A DNA stretch of 64,000 bases, taken from NCBI GenBank assembly GCA_026706845.1, contig JAPOXY010000278.1:4131-68130 (forward strand), given 5' to 3'. The position numbers and the translations under genes are program-made. This document shows positions 1 to 8,810 of the stretch, in pieces. The stretch is from Gemmatimonadota bacterium. Its GTDB lineage: Bacteria; Latescibacterota; UBA2968. Positions within the stretch are counted from its first letter, which is position 1, and the number at the start of each line of letters is the position of its first letter. The notes under the pieces are model-generated. The model had not been told where the DNA came from. It did not search any database and saw nothing but the letters and a program-made list of their open reading frames with translations.

Positions 1-1014
1 AAGGAAATTATCAGGCCAGTTCGATACCAACAAGTCTTTCTCGCTGGCGGTGAGCAAAGCAGAATTTTTTCTGGCGTGTCCAGGGCTGGCACCGAATCAA
101 AGTTGAGCTTTCGCGTTGGGGGTATTGTTGAAGCGGTGAATGTCAAGGTTGGCGAGAAGGTCAACAAAGGCATAAAGATCGCTTCTATCGACAACTCCGA
201 TGCACAACTCAACTATGAAAAGGCACTCGAGACGTTGAGAAAAGTGGAGATACAAAAAGATAATGCCCGATCAAATTTGGACCGGGTAAAAGAGTTATAC
301 GAGAACAACAATGTGTCTTTAAGCGAGTATGAGGCTGCTAAAGACAAATACGCTTCGGCAAATTCCGCCCACAATACGGAAAAAAGAAATGCAGACCTGA
401 AGAAACGGGAGCTCGGCTATTACGCACTCTACGCGCCGATGGATGGCATTATCTCGGAGGTTGCTATTGAAAAAAATGAACAGGTCAGCCCCGGCCAGGC
501 CGTTGTTACCATTACATCAGAAGATGATATTGAAGTCAACGTCAGTATCCCGGAAGCATTTATTTCTCGCGTTCAGGCTGGGGAAAAAGTCTCTATAAGA
601 TTTTCATCTCTTCCCGATAAAATTTTTGATGGGACGATCTCTGAGGTATCTTTTGTCGCTGGAACCCAATCGTCTATTTATCCGGTTATCGCAACAGTAG
701 AACATCCAACCGGCGACATCAGGCCGGGTATGCCAGCGGATGTGACATTTAATTTTTCGGCTCGCAATGACGCGGCAACAGAAAGGTTGATCGTACCGGT
801 TGGTGCTGTGGGAGAAGACCTCGACGGCAATTTCGTTTTTACGCTCACAAAAAGTGAACCCGGCCTCGCCATCACGCAAAAAAAGAAGGTGATGGTAGGC
901 GAATTATCTCATGAGGGATTTGAAATAATTGAGGGATTGCAAAATGGTGCGCTGGTGGTAACCGCGGGTGTGGAAAGCCTCACAGATGGTATAACGGTGA
1001 AATTGTTAAAATAA
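1..1014 (+). CDS. RND efflux periplasmic adaptor (membrane fusion protein, HlyD family). 5'-partial: frame 1 is open from the window edge
   Basis: The listed ORF starts at 76, but the same frame is open from position 1 (KEIIRPVRYQQVFLAGGEQSRIF...). Barrel-sandwich/β-barrel adaptor-like sequence. It sits immediately upstream (10-nt gap) of an AcrB-type pump gene. Confidence 0.8.
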   Translation, partial: KEIIRPVRYQQVFLAGGEQSRIFSGVSRAGTESKLSFRVGGIVEAVNVKVGEKVNKGIKIASIDNSDAQLNYEKALETLRKVEIQKDNARSNLDRVKELYENNNVSLSEYEAAKDKYASANSAHNTEKRNADLKKRELGYYALYAPMDGIISEVAIEKNEQVSPGQAVVTITSEDDIEVNVSIPEAFISRVQAGEKVSIRFSSLPDKIFDGTISEVSFVAGTQSSIYPVIATVEHPTGDIRPGMPADVTFNFSARNDAATERLIVPVGAVGEDLDGNFVFTLTKSEPGLAITQKKKVMVGELSHEGFEIIEGLQNGALVVTAGVESLTDGITVKLLK

Positions 1015-1024
1015 TGGAAAAAGT

Positions 1025-4000
1025 ATGAATATCACGCAATTTGCAATTAAAAACAATGTCGTTACACTGTCCCTACTGGTCGTCATAATCGTCGTCGGGA
1101 TTTCCGCTTTTCAAAACATGCCCCGCGATGATATGCCGCCGTTTCTCGTACGCGTTGCCAATGTCGTAACCATTTTTCCAGGGGCCAGTCCACAACGGAT
1201 GGAACTGCTCATTTCCAATAAAATTGAAGAAGTGTGCCAGGAAGTGCCAGAGGTGGATTATGTCCAGAGTGAAAATTGCACGGGTATATCGGTTGTCACG
1301 ATATTTATCAAAGACAGCGAGCGTGACCTCCAGCCGATTTTTGATAAGTTGCGCCGAAAAGTCGATGCTGTGCGCAACCAACTACCCGGCGGTGTCGCGA
1401 GTGTGAATTTCAACGACGAGGGCCTGGCAGATGTTTATGGCATCATCCTGGGGCTAACGGCAGATGGATTTACGTATGCAGAATTAAAAGAAGCAGCAGA
1501 CGCCATCCGCGATGATTTAATTAAATTGCCAAATGCCGCAAAAATAAAAATAGTAGGGGCTCGCGAAGAGCGAGTCTATCTCGATTACGATGATGCGCGT
1601 CTGGCGGAATTGGGACTCACGCAGCAAAAACTCAAAAATATTATTTCCAGTACCAATATCGTTTTCTCCGGCGGCGACATTGAAGTTGAAGATGAACGCA
1701 TTATCCTGGAGCCGACCGGAAATTTTGATCTGATAGAAGACATCAAAAAAATCATTGTTTCTTCCGAAAAAGGCGAACTGGTATTTTTGGGGGATATTGT
1801 CAATATTTATCGCGGCTATGTCGAACCTCAAAAATCGAGTGTACGCATTGATGGAAAACCGGGATTGGCCATTGGTGTCAATCTCAAAAAAGGCGGCAAC
1901 ATTATTGAATTGGGAAGAGAAATTGATGCGCGTCTCGAATATTATCAGACCGTTTTCCCCTGGGGATTCGAAATCGTCAGAGCGGCTTCTCAGGATGAAG
2001 TTGTAGATGACTCCGTGAAGAACTTCCTCGGAAATCTATACCAGGCAGTGGGCGTGGTGCTACTCGTCATGTTGCTTTTCCTCGGCTTGCGCACAGGTTT
2101 AATTGTGGCTTCTCTGATTCCAATGGCGATTGTCACCACGATATTGTTGATGTCGCAATCTGGTCTGGGGTTGAACCAGGTGTCACTGGCCTCTCTGATT
2201 ATCGCGCTCGGTATGCTGGTCGATAACGCCATTGTCGTTTCCGAATCCATTATGGTCAAAATGGAGAAGGGCGAAAAAGCCATTGATGCGGCCATCGCGT
2301 CTGCCAGAGAGTTATTTATGCCGTTGCTAATATCCTCATTAACGACCTCCGCGGCCTTCCTCGCTTTTTATCTTGCAGAATCGGTCATGGGCGAAATCAT
2401 GGGCGAATTATTCGTGGTAGTGAGTTACGCGCTCCTTTCTTCATGGCTCCTCTCTATGACATTGATACCGCTGTTGTGTTTTTATTTTTTAAAAGTAAAG
2501 CCCAAAATGGAACAAGCAAAGCCGAATAGGCTTCAGGCACTTTACGAGAAAATTCTATCGGTCAATCTACAACACCCTTTCCGGTTTCTGGGCTGTGTGG
2601 TCGTTGTCTTCATTGCCGCTTTGTGGTCTTTTCGTTTCATTCCTTTTGTCTTTTTTCCAGATAGCGAACGCGCTTTAGTGACCGTTACCGTGGATCTGCC
2701 CTTGGGTAGCACTATCGACAAAACAGAAGAAGTGGTCACATCCATCGAAAACTACGTCATAGAGGACCTTCTGGTTGGGGAAGACCGCACGGAAGGTGTG
2801 GTGTCATTTTCTTCGTATATCGGTGAAGGTGCGCCCAAATACGACCTGGGCTACACTGCGCCAGAAGCCCTGTCCAGTTCTGCCCATATTTTGCTTAACA
2901 CCAGTTCCTCAAATGCCAATCAGCGAGTGATCGATGCGGTTGACAATTTCATTTTTCAAAATCTACCGGAGGCGAAGGGGAAGGTGAAGCGATTATCTGG
3001 CGGCGGTGGCGGAGAAAACGCCATTGAAATTCGCATTTCAGGAGATGACGCAGAGGTGCTCTATCGGCTCATGGCAGAAACTAAGGCCAAATTGCGTAGC
3101 ATTGAGGGCACAAAAAATATTCGCGACAGTTGGGGGCCGCGCACGAAAAAAATCATCGTCGATATCGATCAGCACCGCGCCCGGCGTGCAGGTGTGACCA
3201 GTCAGGACATTGCCGTGTCTTTACAAACCGGGCTGATTGGTTTGGAAACCGGGGAATTCCGGGAGGGCGATAAAGTTATCCCGATTGTAATGCGAAACAA
3301 TCAGGTTGAAGACCGCCGCATTCAGGACCTGGAAAGCATGCATGTCTATTCACAGCAAAGCGGTGTGAATGTGCCTCTCAAGCAAGTTGCAGATCTCAAT
3401 ATCAAATGGCAGGCTGCGAAAATTTTGCGGCGAGATCTGACCAGAACGATTTCGGTTACGAGCGGATTGCAAACTGGATATACTGCTGCGGAGGTAGAAG
3501 AACAGATGGCACCGTGGTTAGAACAACAACAAATGTGGCCTTCTGACTATCGCTATGAATTGGGAGGAGAAGCAGAAGAGAGTGCAAAAAATATTGGGGC
3601 GATTATGAACTATCTACCCCTGTCGTTTTTTATTATTGTCCTCTTGCTCATCGGTCAATTCAATTCCATCCGCAAACCCTTGATCATTTTGCTGACCATT
3701 CCATTGGGCTTAATAGGGGTGATTTTGGGGTTGTTGTTGACCGGCTCCTATTTTGGCTTCATGCCTTTCTTAGGGGTTATTTCTCTATTTGGCATCGTGA
3801 TCAACAATGCAATTGTTTTGATTGATCGCATTCAAATTGAAATGGATGAGTTTAAGCGCACGCTACGAGATGCGATTGTGGCTGCTGCCCAACAGCGGTT
3901 TCGCCCCATTATGCTTACAACGGCAACCACGACTTTGGGATTGATTCCGCTATGGATCGGCGGTGGCGTCATCTGGGAACCCATGGCGATCACAATTATC

Positions 4001-4084
4001 TTTGGATTGCTATTTGCCACGATTTTAACACTTTTGGTCGTCCCCGTGATGTATAGGCTCTTTTTTAAGGTGTCTGCCCCTTAA
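1025..4084 (+). CDS. RND multidrug efflux permease, AcrB/AcrD/HAE1 family
   Basis: 1019 aa with 12-TM RND architecture. N-terminus MNITQFAIKNNVVTLSLLVVIIVVG and conserved periplasmic and TM blocks are typical of AcrB. Confidence 0.9.
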   Translation: MNITQFAIKNNVVTLSLLVVIIVVGISAFQNMPRDDMPPFLVRVANVVTIFPGASPQRMELLISNKIEEVCQEVPEVDYVQSENCTGISVVTIFIKDSERDLQPIFDKLRRKVDAVRNQLPGGVASVNFNDEGLADVYGIILGLTADGFTYAELKEAADAIRDDLIKLPNAAKIKIVGAREERVYLDYDDARLAELGLTQQKLKNIISSTNIVFSGGDIEVEDERIILEPTGNFDLIEDIKKIIVSSEKGELVFLGDIVNIYRGYVEPQKSSVRIDGKPGLAIGVNLKKGGNIIELGREIDARLEYYQTVFPWGFEIVRAASQDEVVDDSVKNFLGNLYQAVGVVLLVMLLFLGLRTGLIVASLIPMAIVTTILLMSQSGLGLNQVSLASLIIALGMLVDNAIVVSESIMVKMEKGEKAIDAAIASARELFMPLLISSLTTSAAFLAFYLAESVMGEIMGELFVVVSYALLSSWLLSMTLIPLLCFYFLKVKPKMEQAKPNRLQALYEKILSVNLQHPFRFLGCVVVVFIAALWSFRFIPFVFFPDSERALVTVTVDLPLGSTIDKTEEVVTSIENYVIEDLLVGEDRTEGVVSFSSYIGEGAPKYDLGYTAPEALSSSAHILLNTSSSNANQRVIDAVDNFIFQNLPEAKGKVKRLSGGGGGENAIEIRISGDDAEVLYRLMAETKAKLRSIEGTKNIRDSWGPRTKKIIVDIDQHRARRAGVTSQDIAVSLQTGLIGLETGEFREGDKVIPIVMRNNQVEDRRIQDLESMHVYSQQSGVNVPLKQVADLNIKWQAAKILRRDLTRTISVTSGLQTGYTAAEVEEQMAPWLEQQQMWPSDYRYELGGEAEESAKNIGAIMNYLPLSFFIIVLLLIGQFNSIRKPLIILLTIPLGLIGVILGLLLTGSYFGFMPFLGVISLFGIVINNAIVLIDRIQIEMDEFKRTLRDAIVAAAQQRFRPIMLTTATTTLGLIPLWIGGGVIWEPMAITIIFGLLFATILTLLVVPVMYRLFFKVSAP

Positions 4085-4093
4085 TCACATGTC

Positions 4094-4146
4094 AAAAAAA
4101 CGAACAAAAAAACGCCCAGTCCCGACAAGACTGGGCGTTTTGCGGG
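4094..4146. terminator. Bidirectional rho-independent terminator between the convergent RND pump and ppk
   Basis: GC hairpin aacgcccagtc/gactgggcgtt (4111-4139), flanked by an A-run upstream and a T-run downstream. Confidence 0.7.
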
Positions 4147-4189
4147 TTACCCTCAAGTTTGAGGACTAACCTATCTGGCGGTGCTGTAT

Positions 4190-6310
4190 TTAAGTGGCAG
4201 CGGTCGATTCGATTGAGGATGGTGTTTGGGCAAAGAAGTCGGGGATATCGACGGGTTCACCCAGAGATAGATTCATGAGCATGTCGTGTACGCAGAATGC
4301 GGGTTCGTTTTGGGCGGGTTCAATGTGACGGTCCGTGCCATCGGGCAATAGCTCGCGCGATTTGACATTGTCGGCAAAGCAGGTGCTGAGGAGTTCTGAT
4401 TTTATCCGTGTAATTAAATCCGGGTCTTCGACAGGACAAAGCGTTTCTACGCGCCGGCGCAAATTTCGAGGCATCCAATCTGCACTGCCGATGTACACAT
4501 CGGGGTCCCCATCATTTTCGAAATAATAGACGCGGCTGTGTTCCAAAAAGCGCCCGATGATGCTGCGTACTCTGATGTTGTCGCTTATACCGGGAACACC
4601 CGCACGCAGACAGCATATACCGCGCACAATCAGGTCAATTTGCACGCCGTTTTGCGATGCGCGATATAGCGCGCGAATGACTTTGGGGTCTTGAAGTGAA
4701 TTCATTTTCGCGACAATGCGGGCTGTGCGTCCCTGGCGTGCATGGTCGATTTCGCGGTCGATTTTTTTGAGGATGGAATCGAGCATGGTAGAGGGTGCAA
4801 TGAGCATCTTGCTGACCTGGGGATGTGCAGATTGCGTGGTGAGCAGGTTAAAAACTTCGGCTACATCATTTGTGATGTCTTCGCGTGCTGTGAACAATCC
4901 CAGGTCCGTATAAAGTCGGGCTGTTGAGGGATTGTAATTGCCCGTGCCGATGTGGGCGTAGCGGCGTAGCCCGTTGTTGGCTTCGCGCCTGACCAGCATC
5001 GAGAGTTTGCAGTGCGTTTTAAGGCCCACGACCCCATATACGACGCATACACCCGCATCCTGAAGGCGCCGCGCCCATCGAATATTGGATGCTTCGTCAA
5101 ATCGCGCTTTGAGTTCAACTACCACTGTGACTTCTTTGCCCGCCTCTGCTGCGCGAATCAGTGCATCGATAACGGGTGAATCTTCGCTGGTGCGATAGAG
5201 CGTCTGTTTGATGGCCAGTACATCGGGGTCGGTTGCTGCTGAATTGACGAACTGAACAACGGGTGTAAAGGCATCGTAGGGGTGGTGGAGCAGTATATCT
5301 TTTTGTCTGATCTGGTCAAAGAGGGTATCGATTTCCTCATACGTCTGGTCGGGCGGGTGATAGGGTAAATATTTCAAATCGGGTCTGGGGGTCGCGCTGT
5401 AAAGTCCCATTAAACGGTTGAGATTCACCGGTCCGTTGACCTGATACACCTGATTGTTTTTCAGACTGTATGTCGATTGTAAGCGCTTGACAAGTGCCCG
5501 ACTGGCATCGGCTTCGATTTCGAGGCGGACGGTGTCGCCTTTGCGCCGATTTTGCAATTCGTCTTCAATGGCGAGCAATAAGTCGTCGGCTTCTTCTTCG
5601 TCCAGATAGAGATCGCTGTTTCGGGTGATGCGAAAAGCAGCCGAGTCGAGAATTTGATATCCCCGGAAAAGTTCGGGAATATGCGCCTGGACAATATCGG
5701 CGAGGAAGACGAAGTCGATGCGCTGGCTGTCTTCTTCTCGGGGCAAGCGAATCAGACGCGGCAATAGACGGGGAACCTGCACGACGCCGAGCAGTGTTTC
5801 GCCTTCGCGGTTTTTGAGCAAAAGGGCGATGCAAAGGGCTTTGTTGATCAGGCGTGGTAATGGGTGTGCAGGGCTGATGGTGAGCGGGGTTAAAACCGGG
5901 TAGAGTTCTGCGTGGCAATAGTCGTCGAGGAAGGATTTTTCGCGTTTGGAAAGCGTGCTGATGGTGCGTATGTGAACATCTGCATCGCGCAATGCGGGAA
6001 GGAGTTCGTCATTCCAGCAGGCGTATTGTTCCTCGACCATGCGATGGGCTTCTTTTGCTATGGCTGAAATTTGTTCTTCGGGCAGGAGGCCATCGGGACC
6101 GTAGTCGGAAATGCCCGCTTCTACTTGCTGGAGTAGGCCCGCTACGCGCACTTCAAAGAATTCGTCGAGGTTATTGGCCACAATGCCCAGGAATTTGACC
6201 CGTTCCAGCAGGGGATTTTCGGGGGTACGGGCTTCTTGTAATACGCGCTGATTAAAGCGCAGCCATGAAAGTTCTCTGTTAAAGTAGAGACTGGTATCGC
6301 CGAGGTCCAT
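4190..6310 (-). CDS. ppk: Polyphosphate kinase 1
   Basis: 706 aa. N-terminus MDLGDTSLYFNRELSWLRFNQRVLQEA and overall length are diagnostic of PPK1. Confidence 0.9.
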   Translation of the reverse strand: MDLGDTSLYFNRELSWLRFNQRVLQEARTPENPLLERVKFLGIVANNLDEFFEVRVAGLLQQVEAGISDYGPDGLLPEEQISAIAKEAHRMVEEQYACWNDELLPALRDADVHIRTISTLSKREKSFLDDYCHAELYPVLTPLTISPAHPLPRLINKALCIALLLKNREGETLLGVVQVPRLLPRLIRLPREEDSQRIDFVFLADIVQAHIPELFRGYQILDSAAFRITRNSDLYLDEEEADDLLLAIEDELQNRRKGDTVRLEIEADASRALVKRLQSTYSLKNNQVYQVNGPVNLNRLMGLYSATPRPDLKYLPYHPPDQTYEEIDTLFDQIRQKDILLHHPYDAFTPVVQFVNSAATDPDVLAIKQTLYRTSEDSPVIDALIRAAEAGKEVTVVVELKARFDEASNIRWARRLQDAGVCVVYGVVGLKTHCKLSMLVRREANNGLRRYAHIGTGNYNPSTARLYTDLGLFTAREDITNDVAEVFNLLTTQSAHPQVSKMLIAPSTMLDSILKKIDREIDHARQGRTARIVAKMNSLQDPKVIRALYRASQNGVQIDLIVRGICCLRAGVPGISDNIRVRSIIGRFLEHSRVYYFENDGDPDVYIGSADWMPRNLRRRVETLCPVEDPDLITRIKSELLSTCFADNVKSRELLPDGTDRHIEPAQNEPAFCVHDMLMNLSLGEPVDIPDFFAQTPSSIESTAAT

Positions 6311-6495
6311 AACACACTCCGGGGGAAGATGCGACGGAATTGCGTTAAAGGTGTGGTATTATAATGCGATGAGGGGCAGATTGTCAAATGAAAACAGCAA
6401 TCCTTAAGGTCGGATGGGCATAAATCCATCCGACCTTTTCTTTTCAGAAGAGAGTTAGCGGGAAGAATCCCTGAAGAAAGGATGAAATGGCGTAT

Positions 6496-6558
6496 TTGTA
6501 ACACAAATGTCACAATCTTGTGACCAAAGCGTGACCGTTTTGGAAGCGATTTGTAACA
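6496..6558. promoter_or_regulatory. Pho-box-like array. Direct repeats TGTAACA/TGTCACA/TGTGACC at 11-bp phasing, in the divergent ppk / porin-pst intergenic region
   Basis: 7-mers at 6498, 6509, 6520, ~6531 and 6552 are spaced 11 bp apart. This resembles PhoB box organisation (7-bp repeats separated by 4 bp) upstream of a pst operon and ppk. Confidence 0.45.
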
Positions 6559-6617
6559 TTATAGCGATATCTTATCGCTGAGAACGTCGTTTATCCATCA
6601 ATTCGGAGGGAGAGCAC

Positions 6618-7571
6618 ATGCGCATTTGTAAAGCAATTTGGAGAATGATGTTGTGTTTGGGTTTTGTATTGGCGGGACGGGGTGAAGCTGTAGATACCAG
6701 GCTCCAGGGTGTTATGTTTGCCGATTATTATATCGTGAGAGGAAATGGGGAAGAAGAGAATGGCTTTCGGTTTCGACGCATTTATCTCACCCATGATCTG
6801 AAGTGGAGTGATGCTTTTTCTGGACGGGTTCGGCTGGAGGCCAAGGATGCGGGATTTAATAGTGAGCAAAAAATAGAACCTTTTGTAAAGCACGCGTATT
6901 TGCGCTATCGCAAAAATGGCCATGCGCTCTATATGGGGCTGTCGGGTACGCCAACATGGAACGTATCAGAGTCTATTTGGGGTTATCGCTCGGTCGAGAA
7001 GACCCTCATGGATCGAAAAAAGATTGCCTCTTCGGCTGATATAGGCATAGCATATCGCGCGCGATTGGATGAAGCTGGAAAGTTAAATGCCCAAGTTATG
7101 CTGGCCAATGGCAGCGGGCAGCAGTCCGAGACAGATCACTATAAGAAAATTTACGGTCTGTTGCATTTTGAGCCTGGAACCCTGAATGTGACGACTTATA
7201 TAGATTGGGAAAAACGCCCGGACAATCTAGATCGCACGACTTTTGCTACGTTTATCGGATTAAAAAAGAAAAATTTCCACGGTGGTTTGGAAGGCTTTGT
7301 GCAATGGCGCAACCATACCGCACAGGTGCGGGGGCTTTCACTGTTCGGCGCAGGACAGATTAGCGAGAAGATAAAGGTGTTTGCTCGTGGCGATTTCTTT
7401 GATCCAGACGATAAGTCCGACGACGATGGAGAATATTGCTTCCTCGGAGGGCTTGACATTGAGCCGGTAAAGGATATTCACATTATGCCCAATGTGATGG
7501 GTACAAATTTTCAGGCTCCAGATGTGGACCTTGAGGTGATTCCTCGGCTGACGCTATATGTTAAGTTTTGA
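6618..7571 (+). CDS. Putative outer-membrane β-barrel porin, possibly a phosphate-regulated porin
   Basis: Signal peptide. Amphipathic β-strand-like composition. C-terminal ...YVKF aromatic terminus. Position as first gene ahead of pstSCAB-phoU. Good RBS (ggagggagagcacATG). Confidence 0.45.
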   Translation: MRICKAIWRMMLCLGFVLAGRGEAVDTRLQGVMFADYYIVRGNGEEENGFRFRRIYLTHDLKWSDAFSGRVRLEAKDAGFNSEQKIEPFVKHAYLRYRKNGHALYMGLSGTPTWNVSESIWGYRSVEKTLMDRKKIASSADIGIAYRARLDEAGKLNAQVMLANGSGQQSETDHYKKIYGLLHFEPGTLNVTTYIDWEKRPDNLDRTTFATFIGLKKKNFHGGLEGFVQWRNHTAQVRGLSLFGAGQISEKIKVFARGDFFDPDDKSDDDGEYCFLGGLDIEPVKDIHIMPNVMGTNFQAPDVDLEVIPRLTLYVKF

Positions 7572-7661
7572 TTATCACATAAATGTCGTGTTTTTATCAC
7601 ATGTGTAACGCGATACAGGTTTATTTTTTGTATGCTATTACACTACGCCAGGGGAGATTGA

Positions 7662-8639
7662 ATGACCAGATTTATTTGTATGATCGCATGTGTGGCTGTT
7701 TTGACACAGGCTGCGGCTCAGGCGCAGCAAGATTCGCCTGTTCCCGCGTATCAAAAGGTGAGTGGGATTTCCGGAAGTGCCAACAGCATTGGATCAGATA
7801 CGATGAATAATTTGATGACGCTGTGGCTGGAGGGGTTTCGCAAGTACTATCCCAGTGTAACTATTCAGGTCGAGGGCAAGGGATCGAGCACTGCACCGCC
7901 CGCGTTGATTGAGGGGACTGCACAATTCGGCCCTATGTCGCGTCCGATGAAGGCTTCGGAAATTGACAAATTTGAAAAGCATTTTGGATATCCACCAACA
8001 TTGTTGCGCGCCTCGCTGGATGCACTGGCTGTTTTTGTCAATAAAGACAATCCCATAAAAGGGTTGACTTTGCAGCAGGTAGATGCGATTTTTTCCAAGA
8101 CGCGACGCGGTGAGTACAGGGAAAATGTTACGAGATGGGGGCAGTTGGGTTTGGGAGACGATTGGAAAAATGCCGCATTTAGCCTGTACGGGCGCAATTC
8201 CGCGTCGGGCACTTATGGGTTCTTCAAAGATCACGCGTTGTTTAAGGGCGATTTTAGAGATGAAGTAAAAGAGCAGCCCGGGTCTGCTTCGGTTGTGCAG
8301 GGCGTGGCCGAAGACAGGTACAGTATTGGTTATAGTGGCATTGGTTACAAGACCTCTGGCGTGCGTGTCGTACCTCTGGCGCTGGAAACTGGCGAACCCT
8401 TCAGAGAAGGCACGATAGAAAATGTGATAGATGGATCTTATCCTCTGGGGCGTTTTTTGTATTTGTACATCAACAAGGCACCCAATAAACCTCTCGATCC
8501 GCTCGTGAGAGAATTTTGTAAATTCATTTTCTCCAAAGAAGGGCAAGAGATTGTCGTTAAAGATGGCTATATGCCCGTGCCCTATCAGGTGGTTAAAGAG
8601 GAACTCGAGAAGTTACAATTCCCCACCCTAACCCCCTGA
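7662..8639 (+). CDS. pstS: Phosphate ABC transporter substrate-binding protein PstS
   Basis: Signal peptide followed by the PstS family core (SGSANSIGSDTMNNLMTLWLEGFRKYYPSVTIQVEGKGSSTAPPALIEGTAQFG). Confidence 0.9.
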   Translation: MTRFICMIACVAVLTQAAAQAQQDSPVPAYQKVSGISGSANSIGSDTMNNLMTLWLEGFRKYYPSVTIQVEGKGSSTAPPALIEGTAQFGPMSRPMKASEIDKFEKHFGYPPTLLRASLDALAVFVNKDNPIKGLTLQQVDAIFSKTRRGEYRENVTRWGQLGLGDDWKNAAFSLYGRNSASGTYGFFKDHALFKGDFRDEVKEQPGSASVVQGVAEDRYSIGYSGIGYKTSGVRVVPLALETGEPFREGTIENVIDGSYPLGRFLYLYINKAPNKPLDPLVREFCKFIFSKEGQEIVVKDGYMPVPYQVVKEELEKLQFPTLTP

Positions 8640-8810
8640 TTACCCGCGGTGAGACATTAGAGGGCCACACAGCCCCATCCCAGATACGAGAGAAAGTTCC
8701 CGCCCTGTCTCGCACCTCTTAATGTCTCATCCCATATAAGCCCTGCTTAAAAGGTAGGCACGGCAGGGCTGATTCTCTCACTCCTCACCTTTTACGTCTC
8801 ACTCCTTATT

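Noticed and set aside
6618-7571. Assigning the first pst-operon gene specifically as OprO/OprP.
   Set aside because: At 317 aa it is much shorter than OprO/P (~440 aa). It is kept as a generic putative porin whose context suggests phosphate regulation.
7794-8546. 250-aa minus-strand ORF fully inside pstS, and similar long antisense ORFs elsewhere. Examples: 9153-9833, 10701-11306, 10981-11529, 12760-13278, 14800-15834, 16446-17063, 21348-21953, 25550-26296, 31802-33016, 34255-35130, 35275-35874, 36109-36654, 37111-38007, 44139-44723, 46504-47112, 56971-57675, 62459-63298.
   Set aside because: All lie antisense to, or out of frame with, genes whose sense-strand products have strong family signatures. 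Their translations are low-complexity, Arg/Pro/Ser-rich and typical of GC-rich antisense frames. None has a plausible RBS or domain.
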